DNA of 64,000 bases, from assembly GCF_964204645.1 (NCBI RefSeq), contig NC_134031.1:11100088-11164087 (forward strand). The letters are read 5' to 3'. Made by a program: the position numbers and the translations under genes. The first letter of the stretch is position 1; each line of letters begins with the position of its first letter. Source of the DNA: Tubulanus polymorphus. Taxonomy: Eukaryota; Animalia; Nemertea. The notes under the pieces were generated by a model that saw only the letters and a list, made by a program, of their open reading frames with translations, had not been told where the DNA came from and searched no databases. Below are positions 24,310 through 36,592 of this stretch, in pieces.

Positions 24310-25626
24310 ATGAATGAGAAGATAGGATGTGAAATTTGTGGTGAACTTATCAGAAAAAGTAATATGGCTCGACATATGAAAAAACATGATGAAAAGTATA
24401 AACCCCCTAAAATAAACTGCCCAAAATGTAATGAATTATTCTCAAGAAATTATGTTAAAAAACATTTAGAGAGGTGTAAAATTAATAGCGCAACGGCTAA
24501 TGTTGATAGTAATGAAACTAATAGTAATTCGGTTGAAGTTGAACCTGAAATTATTTGGAAAAGACCTTTCTTATTCTATGATAAGGATAATATAAAAGAT
24601 CGTTTCTGTGAGCCTTGTCGAATGAAATTTAGTCCTGAAAATATAGAAGATTGGGAAAATCATCAATTTCGTAAAATACATATAGATGAAATTTCTAATA
24701 AATTTGAAACTGAATTTAATGAAAGAAAAAATAGTTTATTAGAAAAAATAAAATATGAGAAAACGTTTCCAGATAATGAAGAAACAGTTAGAAAAACAAT
24801 ATAATGAATTAGTAAGATTGTAAATCATTGTAAATATTGTAAATTGATTATTACAACAAGTAATTCAAATCTACATAATAGAGCAATAAAACATAAAGAA
24901 AACGTAAGTAAATACCAAGAACGTAATGAAGATCTATTACCAAGCTATGATAGACAAAAATGCCCAAAACGTATTTATGGGCACTTAAGAGAAGAAGGTC
25001 CTGTGATATTTTGTAATGAATGTGGATGGCAAAGGAATTTATGGGGTGATGAAAAAACTAGAGATATTTTTATAGAACCAAAATTGAAATATCTAGATGA
25101 AATATTTAATATATTTTCTATGGAAGATCATAAACCAGAATATAAGCAATGGCTTGAAAAAATGAAAATAATAGAAAATAAAAATGGTGAAATAACTAAA
25201 AAAGATATAATAAAAACAATTATTCCATCAACATTTAACACACAAGAAAAGAAAATGTATTTATATTTATTAATTAACGATTATTATAAAAAACCTAAAT
25301 TAACAGAAAAAGATATGGAAAATATAAAAGACATATTCAAACAAATATTAAGATATTATGTGGATAATAGAATAACAGATTCAATTAATTATGAATTCTT
25401 CTTAAATAAGATTGTAAATTATTTAAACATCGATATTATAATTCCATTTGATGAATTAACAAACAAAAAGAAACAAAGAGAGCGAGATGAAATGTGGAAT
25501 AATATAGAACTTTATTTAAATGAGAAAAATGAAATTGAAGAACCTAAACAAATTATACAAGAACAATTAAATGAAAAAGAAGAAACCAATAGTGATTTCG
25601 AGTTTGATGATATTGATCCATTTTAA
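24310..25626 (+). CDS. multi-zinc-finger protein fused to a poxvirus VLTF-3 (A2)-like late transcription factor domain; two adjacent in-frame stops at 24802-24807
   Basis: CEIC..H..H, CPKC, CEPC, CKYC fingers; C-terminal CNEC, DIFKQI, SINYEFFLNKI, EMWNNI resemble vaccinia A2 as recalled. Confidence 0.65.
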
Positions 25627-28600
25627 TAATCATAAGGTAATGTTTTTATACCATCATCTGAAATATGTCTTTTATCATCAAATGGATTCAAACTAGTTTT
25701 TTCAACTTCATTAATGTACATCTCGTGATCTTCTGATCTTAAACAATTCATTTTATGTTTCATTACAATTGAGTTATATAACACATTTATATAATCTTGA
25801 AATTCTATGTGTTTATCAACCACATGCTTTGTTATTCCTTTTAATTTTTTAGCTTCATGGTCTTTTGTTCTATAACTATACATTTTACTTCTAATCCCAA
25901 CAAATTCAATCATTTCATCACCCCCTAATTCATCTTTAAATTTACCAGGAATCTTTTTATTATCATTGCTAAATAATTCATGATCTTTGGGATAATTGCT
26001 AAAATAAAAATGATGTTTTAATGTTTTTAAGTCTTTTGTTATGTCATTTGTCTTGATTTTTAGTATGTAACTGTCAGTATTGAACGCAATTAATGGAAAT
26101 CCACAGTTAAATGTACCATCTTCAGTTGATAAATCATAAACATAATCTGTTGGGTTATATATTTTAAATAAATCTTTAACTTCTTCTGTTAACTCATTTT
26201 CTACATGGCTTAAATTAAAGCAATTTGGTTTAGATTTAATCAATCCAATATTCATATTAAAACCTAATGAATTACATAATATATTCAATCCTGATATAGC
26301 AACCTTTCTTTTTTGAGCTAAAGATATTGTTTTGCGGTTTTTGAAACTTTTTGAACTATCTGCAGCATAGAATCCAATGAAGAACCATTTTCTTAAATTA
26401 TTTTTTGCATTTAATACATAATCTGGAACTATCTTTTCTTTTGTTGAAGTATTACTTTTCACTATTGCATGAATATAGAATTCATCATTATATTTTGTAG
26501 CAAAATCTTTAGGATTATTTACAAATATTCTATAAACCGCGGATGATTTCATATGATCCACGATCCTAAATGTTTTATGTGAATAAACTTCTTCGCAGAA
26601 TTTCTTTATTCTTTCTAATAATTTCAAATCTTGATTGCATAAATACCAACGATATTGAGTGCGATTAACATATTTATACACACCTGCTGAACCATCACCC
26701 ATGAAAAATCCTTTGATAAAATATTCTTTTTCTTCTAATGTTTCAGGTTCTATATTATAAATATTATCAATAATTTCATCGAATGACATATGATTCATTC
26801 TTTGGAAAAATCTTTTATGTAATAATTCATCTCCAATTTTTATATCAGTTGGTTTTATTTCATCACCATTTCGTTTAATTAACTATGATCTTCTGTAACA
26901 TCCAAAAACCCTAATTTAGTTCTAACTCTATAGATTTGCTTATTTGTTTCATGTCTAATAATATTCTTTAATTTTTTCCATCCATTTCTTGTCCAAACAT
27001 CTATTAATTCATTTATTTGTATTAATTCTTTTTCACCATACGAAATATAACATTCATTTTGTTTTGGAATTATTTCTGAAATTCTTCTTATCAATATTTT
27101 ATCATTACATTTTAATGATATTGGGGTGGCAGCTGGTTCAGAATCAAAATATAATATTTCAATATGCTTTTCCCCAAAAAGTGGTTGCAAAACATTATAA
27201 TAAAAATCATACATTAATAATTTTGATACTTCTAAAACAGTTGAACCAATGAATATAGGTTTATTAAATTTCATTGACGTTCTTTTTAATTTAACTGCTG
27301 TTAAATAATCTTCAAATCTTTTATTTCCTAAATGTCTAGGACTTGATTGTAAATGTCTTAATCTTTCAGAATTATTTACTAATTCAATATCATTTCTATT
27401 TCTAATATTTTCACATGTTTTACCATAAAAACTATTATTCATTAATTTGAAGAAATCTTTTTCAAAATCTGTTTTAGATATTGTTCTCTGTTGAGTATTG
27501 AAATCAATATATTTTTCTAACCACTTCGATTGATTAAATTCAATATATCTATGCACTTTCTTTAATTTCATTCCTTGTTTTAGATAAAATTTTAACATTC
27601 TATAATGAACGATATTATTGTATTTATTATTTTGAGTAAGTATTAATTTTTCTGTAAAAACATATCTTTCGGTTTTATTTTCTTCTGGTATTCACTTAAA
27701 TAACTATCATCTACGGTTAAATGTTCTGGGCAATAAGGTAAGTTTCTTGTTTTAAACTTTATATTTTCAGGATATTCTAAATCAACTACGAAGAAATAAC
27801 CAATTGGTGCTTCATTTTTTAAACTCGCAATTGCGCTTTCCCAATCAGTTTTATCATCATTTTCAACTTCTGTTAATATAAAATTTTTATATGGTTGAGG
27901 TTGCATCATTGCCCAACCATATAAATTATTGGCGTCAATATATAATAATTTATATTCATCATTTGCTTTAAAATATCTTTCTCCCATAACACCACTAATT
28001 CCACCTCTAATTGATTTTTTCAAATAATAAAACCATATCTGGTTCTTTTAATAAATCTAATTCTACATTTGTATATTTTAAACCACATTGCCAGGTTAAA
28101 CCAGGACTAGAGTAGCAATAACAAGGATCAACATTAAAATGATTCAAATTAACTTCTCTAAATTTTTCAAATATGTCAGCCAATATCATAACATCTGATT
28201 TTAAATATAAATCAACTAATTCACCATGATTTTTCATCTTAAAATGGTTCCAAATATTTAATGTTCTATTAAACACTTCATCTTTCACATACTCCTCTTT
28301 TAATTGATCATAAAATTGATCTTTCAATAATTTTGTTACATTAAAATCATCATGTGTTTTATAAAATGAATAAGGAATTGCGCCTTTATATCTCAATAAT
28401 TCAAAATCTTGTTCATTTGGATAATAATGTCGAGTTATTATAAAATCATTATCAACTAAACTTTTTGATAAATTATCTAATGAACTTGCTAGAAATCTAT
28501 AAGAATCTAAAAATCTAATGCAACCAAATTGAAATGAAATATAATTTTCAGATGTTTTAGCTAATAGTTTAAAATCATATTTTCTTACATTTACACCATT

Positions 28601-30683
28601 CATAGCATTATATTCTTCTATTTCTTGATTAATTGTGCCCAATTTTCCTGATAATTGTTTTATAAATAGATGGGTATCATAGCCTGATAAATTATGAAAT
28701 AATATTGGTACGAAATTAACTTTCTTAGCTTGTAAATTGCAATCTTCATGAGCAGCTCCACGATATTTTGAATTTAAATGATCATGATCTCTAACTTTTT
28801 TATCAAATGAATAAAAACGTTTTTCACAATAACAACAATGAGTTGCATAATTAAAATCAATTTCATCTTCTTTTGTCATAACTATTCTTTTATTTTTGTT
28901 TAATAATTTTGCAAAATCACTTTCTAATTATTTTGTTACAAAAATTATTAACTACATCTTCACCTCTAAAAGAAATATATTGACTTTGATATAATTCAGG
29001 ATAATTTGATTTTATATAAATTCCATAAGCAGCAGCTCTTTGATGAACTTTTTTAATTGTGTTTATAATTGGTGGATCTTGTGTTGTGTCTTCATTTAAT
29101 TCATTTCCTTTTATCCATTGATTTTAATAATTGCTTTTTGTTATATATTTCTTTTCTATCTTGATCAGTTAATTCTTTATTCAACGATTCAAAATCCCCA
29201 TAAATTACAAATGGAACAATATTCTTAAATTTATGATTAGTAAATTTCAATTTATAATCTTTTTCTGTTGGCATTATTAATTTACAAAAATCTTTATTAT
29301 CTCATAATTCTTTATGTTTTAGTATAGCATTCTCAGTTCTAAATTTAGATAAACATTTTCTACATAGATACATTTTATGACTGTTAAAATCACTTTCTGT
29401 TCTAAAGAATAAATCAATTTGTTTTAACCACATATAATGTTCCTTTTCATCTTTTTTGTAATATAACAAATCTATAGCATTTTCATCATAATAATATTCT
29501 GTTAAATATAAAGCTTCCAATGTACAATCTTTAATATTTTCACCTTTTGTCTCTGGTAATTGCATTAATTCGAATACATTTATTTTTAACTTATTAACTT
29601 TTTCTATTTTGGGTATCATTTTTATAGTTACTGGATATTGATCAATTTTATATAATGTTTCATATTTCCGGTAATTTGTTATTCTAAATCTATGATTAAT
29701 ATCTTCTGTTGGATGTAAGCAACTAATAATTGACCATAGAAAACATTTATTATCTTCATTTTGAACATTTATTACTGCTTTTGTTGTAAATGGTAATTTA
29801 ATATAAGATGATGCTTTAATATCCTTTTCTGTTATAAAGTTTGTATCATTTTTAAACATTTTATTACTTTTTGATGTTTTATTTCTTTTTGTATTATAAA
29901 CATTTAAATCTAAATATATAATTTCATTTAATGATAAACCAGAACCCTCAAAATGAATTTCTTCAATATGACGTTTAAATTAATTAAATATTTTTTCTAA
30001 CTTCTCTTTTATTTGTGTTTTTGAAATTATTTCTTCAGAGAGTGTTTGAATATTATAATCCATTTTTTAAAAAAAAAACTTACTTTCCCAGAGATACTAA
30101 TTTTTGGATATTCAACATCTGTTATCAAATCTAGTATTTTTTCTATTATTTCATTAAATTTACTATAATCTTCTATTGTTATACCTTTAAAAAATCTAAA
30201 TATAATAGCTGCAGGACCACTTTTACTATGTAATGTTTCTAAAATTTCAATTGTATCTATTATTTCAAGAGTATCGATATAATTTCTAACATTTTCAATG
30301 TAGGGTTTATTTGAAATGGATTTAGTTTTTGAAGTTGGTTTTTTTACTTTTTGAGGTTTATCATCGAAATAATCTTTTCCTAAAACATTATTACTCAAAT
30401 TTTGATGGTGTTTTTGTGATTCGAGATGTCTATTATAATTCCTTTTTACTATAAATTCATTACAAAGTTCACATTTTATTTCATCCACATTCATATTTTC
30501 TAATCGTTCTTTTCTTTCATTGGAATTTTCTGAAGTTTCAAAATCTATAACATTTTTTATATGATTTGAAGATTTTTCATGTTTAGATTTATTAGATTTA
30601 TCGATGTATTGTTTACAATATGGACAATAATATTGATTTTTATTAACATTATTGTTTTCTGGCTGATGTTCATTCTCCCCCAT
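25623..30683 (-). pseudogene. polB: protein-primed DNA polymerase B, family B, intein-containing, several frameshifts and stops
   Basis: N-terminal zinc fingers, NKCFLW, EndoVII-like RDHDH..AHEDCNL, FHNLSGYD, YIDANNLYGWAM, KLMNNSFYGKT, YFD^TDSY. Confidence 0.95.
26079..27142 (-). other. LAGLIDADG homing-endonuclease intein (~355 aa) at the Pol-c site; 1-bp frameshift near 26880
   Basis: starts Ser (SEPAATPI) after YFD; block B DVTEDHS(L); GFFMGDG and GFYAADS motifs; block F YVYDLSTEDGTF; ends Asn before +1 Thr; absent from the other pPolB copies. Confidence 0.95.
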
Positions 30684-30701
30684 TTATAAGGAAAAAAAAT
30701 T

Positions 30702-30751
30702 ACTTGTGGTGATGAGCGCTAGTACTCTGAAAACGCCATCTTCTAATTACT
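30702..30751 (-). repeat. family B TIR
   Basis: inverted match to 14631-14694; followed by TSD AATATT. Confidence 0.9.
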
Positions 30752-30918
30752 AATATTACCTTCTTTTTTTGTTTCAATATTCTTTTCTATTTTATTTATT
30801 CCATATATTGATTATAGAATTCTCCAAAATACTTACTATATTCATCATAAGGTATTATATAATATATATCTGATGTAATTTCTCTTGGACTTTGTATTTC
30901 ATATATTCCTCCTTCCAT
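30752..30918 (-). pseudogene. 5' half of the acidic-repeat gene interrupted by family B
   Basis: MEGGIYEIQSP.. as in 33030-33497. Confidence 0.85.
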
Positions 30919-30950
30919 TTATTATAGAATTTTTTATTAAAATTAAAATT

Positions 30951-31450
30951 TTAATACATAACACTATTCAATTGAGAATTTACAAGATTTAATTGCGCGT
31001 CAGATATAATATAGACGTGCATTTTGTAATTTAAACCTCCTTTTTTCTTTTTCATGAATAATTGTATTTCATCTTTAGTATTCTGTAATTTTTTCCCAGA
31101 ACCATGTAATAAGTTATCTTCAGTCGTTCTAAAATCTAACCATAATGCGTATTTATTACCGGTATGATAATCAATTTGATTAATATTACAATTTTCAGAT
31201 GATTTATTTTTTTCATTCATAAAATGTTTTCTAATTTCTGGCCACTGATCAATCATTCTCATTCCTTGGCAAAATATCTTATTTGCTATGCCTTTTCTAG
31301 TTATTTCTACTTTTGATATTTCCGGATTATAATAATTACCAATATTTATTGCGCCATTAGAATATGTAGCAATTGTATAAAATTTAAATACGCCTTTAAT
31401 AGATATCCTTGGGAAGTTAATAATCCCATTAATTATTTCATCATTCGCAT
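30951..31450 (-). pseudogene. MCP 3' fragment (family A copy 2)
   Basis: YALWLDFRTTEDN, ISDAQLNL. Confidence 0.85.
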
Positions 31451-31479
31451 AAAATTAAAAGAATAAATGAATAAAGATT

Positions 31480-32230
31480 CATCAATATGTATAGGAAATT
31501 AATCTTTTTCATTTTCATATTTTTCTTTAAGCTTATTATATTCAAACAATATATTCCTTTTCATTGATATTGGTATAATTCCTAATTGATTCCCGAGTTT
31601 ATATTTATTGAATGTTTCTCTTGAAAATATTTTTGGAATATAATTTTCGATTTCATTTTTAGATGGATGTTTATTTAAAAATTATCTAAAATCATCATAT
31701 TTAAGGTCAAATAAGTTCATCGCATAAGTTACATTTGGTTTAAAGTTGTCTAACTTTTTCAATACGGTAACTATATCATTTCTCGAGAAGTAATCTATAA
31801 ATGTTTTTCTATACCACCGATAATCTGATATATTCATTTTATTGAATTTTGGATTTATGATTAATCGATTTTCTATTACATTATCTGTACCTATATGTTT
31901 AATCGAGTATCTATGATTCAATTGTTTATCATATATTACATATTCTCTACATTTTTTCACACCAAGATTTAAATACGTGTATTGCATGGACTGAATCATT
32001 TCCACCTTTTGTTTTTAATCTATAATGTTTTGACCAATTAGCCTTTGTTATACATTCATTACAGAAGGTGCAATAATTTTGATCTTCTTTGCATTTATCT
32101 TTATATATATTAGCATACGTTTTTACTAATTGTAAAATATGTTCAGCTTTTTTGATATGAAATAAATAATAACTATAATTATTAAATCTTCTTCACAATA
32201 CATGCATCTAATGATATCTTTTGGTTTAAC
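31480..32230 (-). pseudogene. degraded AT-rich zinc-finger gene fragment, probably a Polinton accessory gene
   Basis: YCTFCNECITKANWSKH upstream of ORF 31682-32005. Confidence 0.4.
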
Positions 32231-33029
32231 ATTTGATTTTCATGGGCTCGCATGCTTGCAAGCCCATATTGCTATCACACGGATTGATAACTTGCTTGGG
32301 GAGTCGATAACTTTCGTTAGAAACTTACTTGGGCTCTGATATTTACACATATTTAATGCACTAATAAAATCTAGGTTCCTTTCGTATATTGGCTAGATCG
32401 GTTGTCGTTTTCATTTTTTTTATGATTTTGTTTCATCGTTTTTGTTATTTCAGCAGCGCATACCAACCTTGGTTGAGCGTGCGTGATCAGTCTTGAAATT
32501 GGTATTCATGCGCGGCATAGTGCTGCCGACGATTCAATTCATTCTTTATTGACAACTAAAATTTCACAATAAAACATTTACTTTCACGTTTGTAAATAAT
32601 TCTTTTAATTTTCTTTTGCTTTCATTGGGCGCTTGCTTTAGCGGCCATGTGAAAAATCTCTGTATGAACATTTATGTTTTTCAGTATAAATATCTGAAAC
32701 TTAAAAACCGCTTTTCTGTAAAATAAATTCTGAATTGAATTGAAGACTGGTTGCCTGTCTCCAAAGAGCCAGGGGGCAGTAGTCTATGGTGGCAATAAAA
32801 TTTATCGGATGATCGTAGTGGATTGTCATTTGAAGGAAATGCAACTTATTCTTGCTTAATGTCTTTAATATTTTAAAAAGAAAAATCTTGGTTCCTATCT
32901 ATTTTCGTGTTCGCTTCTCTTCCACTTGGTCCACGTCTACAATAAAACCATTCCGATTCCCTGTCCCCGTGTGTAACATTTTATGTAACGATGTAAGACA
33001 ACATCGATCTCTTAGCTCTTAAAGATTAA

Positions 33030-33497
33030 TCAGTTCAAAGTTCGATTAATTCTACTACAGAAATACAAAACCAACAAGCCAGCTTTCAGTACAACCATGT
33101 CAGCAGGCCCGTTTTTAGAATTTCTTTCTTGTTCTATTTTATAGTTAGAGGTAGATTCTGTTACATCTTCTTTTTTTGTTTCAACATTATCTTCTATTTT
33201 AGGTTCAACATTATTTTCTATTTTTGTATCAATATTATTTTCTATTTTAGTATCAATATTATTTTCTATTTTTGTTTCAAAATTATCTTCTATTTTAGAT
33301 TCAACATTATCTTCTATTTTAGATTCAATATTATCTTCTTTTTTTGTTTCAATATTCTTTTCTATTTTATTAATCCTATATTTGAATTGATTATAGAATT
33401 CTCCAAAATACTTACTATATTCATCATAAGGTATTATATAATATATATCTGATGTCATTTCACTTGGACTTTGTATTTCATATATTCCTCCTTCCAT
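33030..33497 (-). CDS. acidic protein with 8-aa repeats (KIEDNVES-like, 24-bp units)
   Basis: TAAATG start; N-terminus shared with 44103-44570. Confidence 0.7.
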   Translation of the reverse strand: MEGGIYEIQSPSEMTSDIYYIIPYDEYSKYFGEFYNQFKYRINKIEKNIETKKEDNIESKIEDNVESKIEDNFETKIENNIDTKIENNIDTKIENNVEPKIEDNVETKKEDVTESTSNYKIEQERNSKNGPADMVVLKAGLLVLYFCSRINRTLN

Positions 33498-33529
33498 TTA
33501 TTATAGAATTTTTTATTAAAATTAAAATT

Positions 33530-34381
33530 TTAATACATAACACTATTAAATTGAGAATTTACACACTTTAATTGCGCGTCAGATATGATATGAATGTGCA
33601 TTTTGTAATTTAAACCTCCTCTTTTCTTTTTCATGAATAATTGTATTCCATCTTTAGCGTTCTGTAATTTTTTCCCAGAACCATGTAATAAGATATCTTC
33701 AGTTGTTCTAAAATCTAACCATAATGCGTATTTATTACCGGTATGATAATCAATTTGATTAATATTACAATTTTCAGATGATTTATTTTTTTCATTCATA
33801 AAATGTTTACTAATTTCTGGCCACTGATCAACCATTCTCATTCCTTGGCAAAATAACTTATTTGCTATGCCTTTTCTAGTTATTTCTACTTTTGATATTT
33901 CCGGATTATAATAATTATCAATATTTATTGTGCCATTAGAATATGTAGCAATTGTAAAAAATATTAATACGCCTTTAATAGATCTCCTTGGGAAGTTAAT
34001 ATTCTCATTAATTATTTCATCATTCGCATTAATAGTTACAATTTTAAATTTTTCAATATAATCATATAATAATGAAAATCCTCTATTATATTGAGTTTGA
34101 ATTATAATTGAAATATTTTTATCAGTTACTGTGTCATACTCTAAACATATATTCGATAATTTATAACCTATTTCTTTAACAACGCTAGATAATACAATTT
34201 CATTAACAGGAGCAAATGTTATTTCGAATATAATATCTTCTTGAATTGCATATTTATATAAAGGCGCATTATTATTTATCAATTCAAAATCTTATGGAAT
34301 TTTATATTTGCTTCCATAAATCTTTTTTTAACAAATTATCTGTAGCATTAGTTACTACTGCATTATTAGCTTCTGATCTTA
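33530..34381 (-). pseudogene. MCP, 5'-truncated by host repeat (family A copy 3)
   Basis: homolog 17923-19170. Confidence 0.85.
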
Positions 34382-34693
34382 ATTAGGGTTTTCTGACTTT
34401 CGTCGAAAACCCTTTTGTAATTCTGTTGATTGTTATTATTATTATTTACATATTTTCCACTTTTTTTCGCACATAAAATTCATCTTCTATCAGATTCGAC
34501 AACTAACTGCTTCTAATTGAAATGTGAAATTCTGATAGTAATATAACACGCATTCGCTCCGCGTAGATTATATCTATGCACTCTCCGTCCTATTTTAAAC
34601 TTAAAATTACTTACTGAAAGATAACACCGGATGATAGTAACAATCGCGACTCGCCCTGTCGGTTACTCCCACTAACGATAAAAACAGCGTCCT

Positions 34694-34764
34694 GTCCTGT
34701 GGCATGGTGGATAAAGTGATGACTCCCAACTGAGAGGTCGAGGGTTCGAATCCTAGTGAAACCA
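34694..34764 (+). pseudogene. tRNA-derived sequence
   Basis: TGGCATGGTGG A box, GGTTCGAATCC B box. Confidence 0.65.
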
Positions 34765-36429
34765 TGCATTATCACAGTGCACGGCGCGCAACAATTGTTT
34801 TATTAATGAAACAACATGGTGGATGGTTGAAATCATTTTCGGCTTAAATCTATCGCGAGTTTTAGGACTTTAATGAATTTCACGAAACCATGATTTCTAA
34901 AATGAGTCAATTGATTAATTCTATTCGTAAATCAATTTACGTTGGCTACATTTCCTGAAGATTTCGGGGTCAAATCAACGTGATATGGACAGAAATTGTA
35001 GGAATTTTCACACGGAATTTTACTTCCGCGTTCAGTTGACGACTCGGATCGATGACAACGACAGCGGAGTTTATGTATTTTAAGGTGAGAATCCGTTAAC
35101 CAGGGAATGTATTAAATGATTTCTTTAATAGTATGAGTATGGTAGCAAATGAGCAGGCCTACTCGGTGAAGCAATGATCATTGTTGGCTACTTACTTAAT
35201 GCCTAGCTTTTTCTGGGGGATGCCCCTAGAATAGATTTAGGCCCTAAATATAATGGGTAGAGCCAGTCAGTGGAATGCCCTAATAGCAGCTAGTTATGGC
35301 CTGGTTTACACTGAATGTGCATGACAATTTATTTTGATTACTTTCTTTCCAGCTATTATTCGTGGAATGAACTGGTTACTACGGTCTTCAATTCCTTTGC
35401 GGATTCTTGCAGGAATATTAAACCACAGTGCGCAAATGTATGTTTCAAATTAGGCTTTTTCGACATTGACAGCCAAAGACGTAACTTAACACGCTAACTG
35501 AAGCGCAACTGTCTCAGATGCTGTAAGTACTTGACGTTTTGCGTAATTTTTTTTTTGTAATGCAATATTTGGATAAGTAATCAGTCGTGCTAACGTACAT
35601 GCAGAATTGGATTCATTGTAATTATGGGATGATAATTCATGGGCGTCACGAGTCCTGCGACATACCCTTGATATGAAGCTTTTTTAATGTTAATCATTGA
35701 CTTGTTTTGGAGTAAACTGAATAGCCCTTATAATACCAATGCCACGTGGCTTGGTGTCTATGCTCTACGAGACTGTAGTAATAGATTTTCACAACAAACT
35801 CATGATTTCAAATAGTCTCCTAAGATATCTATATATTATTTCGCTCCTTACCTAAGTAATTCTTACATTTGATTGCTTAATTACAGATGGAAAGAGGTCA
35901 GATGGCATGAAAATCGACTGTGGCTGACTAATTGGCGCGAGTAACAAAAACTCTTCAATCATCAGGGGTAGACAAATTAGCCAAAGATGAATGAAAACTT
36001 CACCTTGATGATCATCAATTGATTTTGCTGTAATTATTTGCCTGGATATATCCTTCATTTCAAAATCTGTCTTCAATAGAATTTCTTTCAATAAAATATT
36101 TTGAAGATTGAATTTGAATTGATCTTAAAACCAGAGGAAGCATTCAGAAATTTAGAAAATCCTTGACTCATAATCGAATTCTGTGAATTCCATTAAGGTC
36201 TTTTTGGTCGAATCAAGCCGAGGGCTCAGGTGACTAAAACTCAATTCCTCGCTGTCTTATAATGCCGAGTACGACGGAGTTTACACACTGAAACACGTTG
36301 GGCTGTGTAAGTGTAATTTGGATAGGTCCACAATACAATGACCGCCCTGCCCCGCTGCATCTGAGACGTCAACAAGTTAGACTGTATTGCTTCGATGACA
36401 AACTGACTCAACTTTGACTTTGACTTTGA

Positions 36430-36592
36430 CGATGACAAACTGACTCAAGTTTAATTATATCATGTTGAATTTTATCAGTTTTTATATCTTCTGATGTATT
36501 GTAATCTTTTATTTTAGAATCATTAACCAATTTAATATTCTCAGTTTTAGTTTCAGTTGATTGAATGTGTTTTTTATTTTTTTCACCTTCCA
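36430..36592 (-). pseudogene. short Polinton gene fragment (EGEKNKKHIQSTETK)
   Basis: matches ~20750-20900. Confidence 0.8.

Larger units (their letters stand above)
14631..30751 (-). mobile_element. full-length Polinton family B (16,121 bp) with TIRs and 6-bp TSD
   Basis: TIRs A(G/A)TAATTAGAAGATGGCGTTTT..CTCATCACCACAAGT at both ends; AATATT at 14625-14630 and 30752-30757; complete core gene set. Confidence 0.95.

Noticed and set aside
24802-24807. Alternative genetic code or programmed readthrough explaining in-frame stops
   Set aside because: Stops are of all three types, differ between copies and co-occur with frameshifts, which fits ordinary decay or sequencing error
26870-26890. Programmed frameshift within the intein
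   Set aside because: No slippery heptamer; the same gene has several other random frameshifts
30700-30740. Hammerhead ribozyme in the family B TIR (TGATGAG..GAAA)
   Set aside because: Core needs CTGANGA but reads GTGATGA; stems I-III cannot be formed
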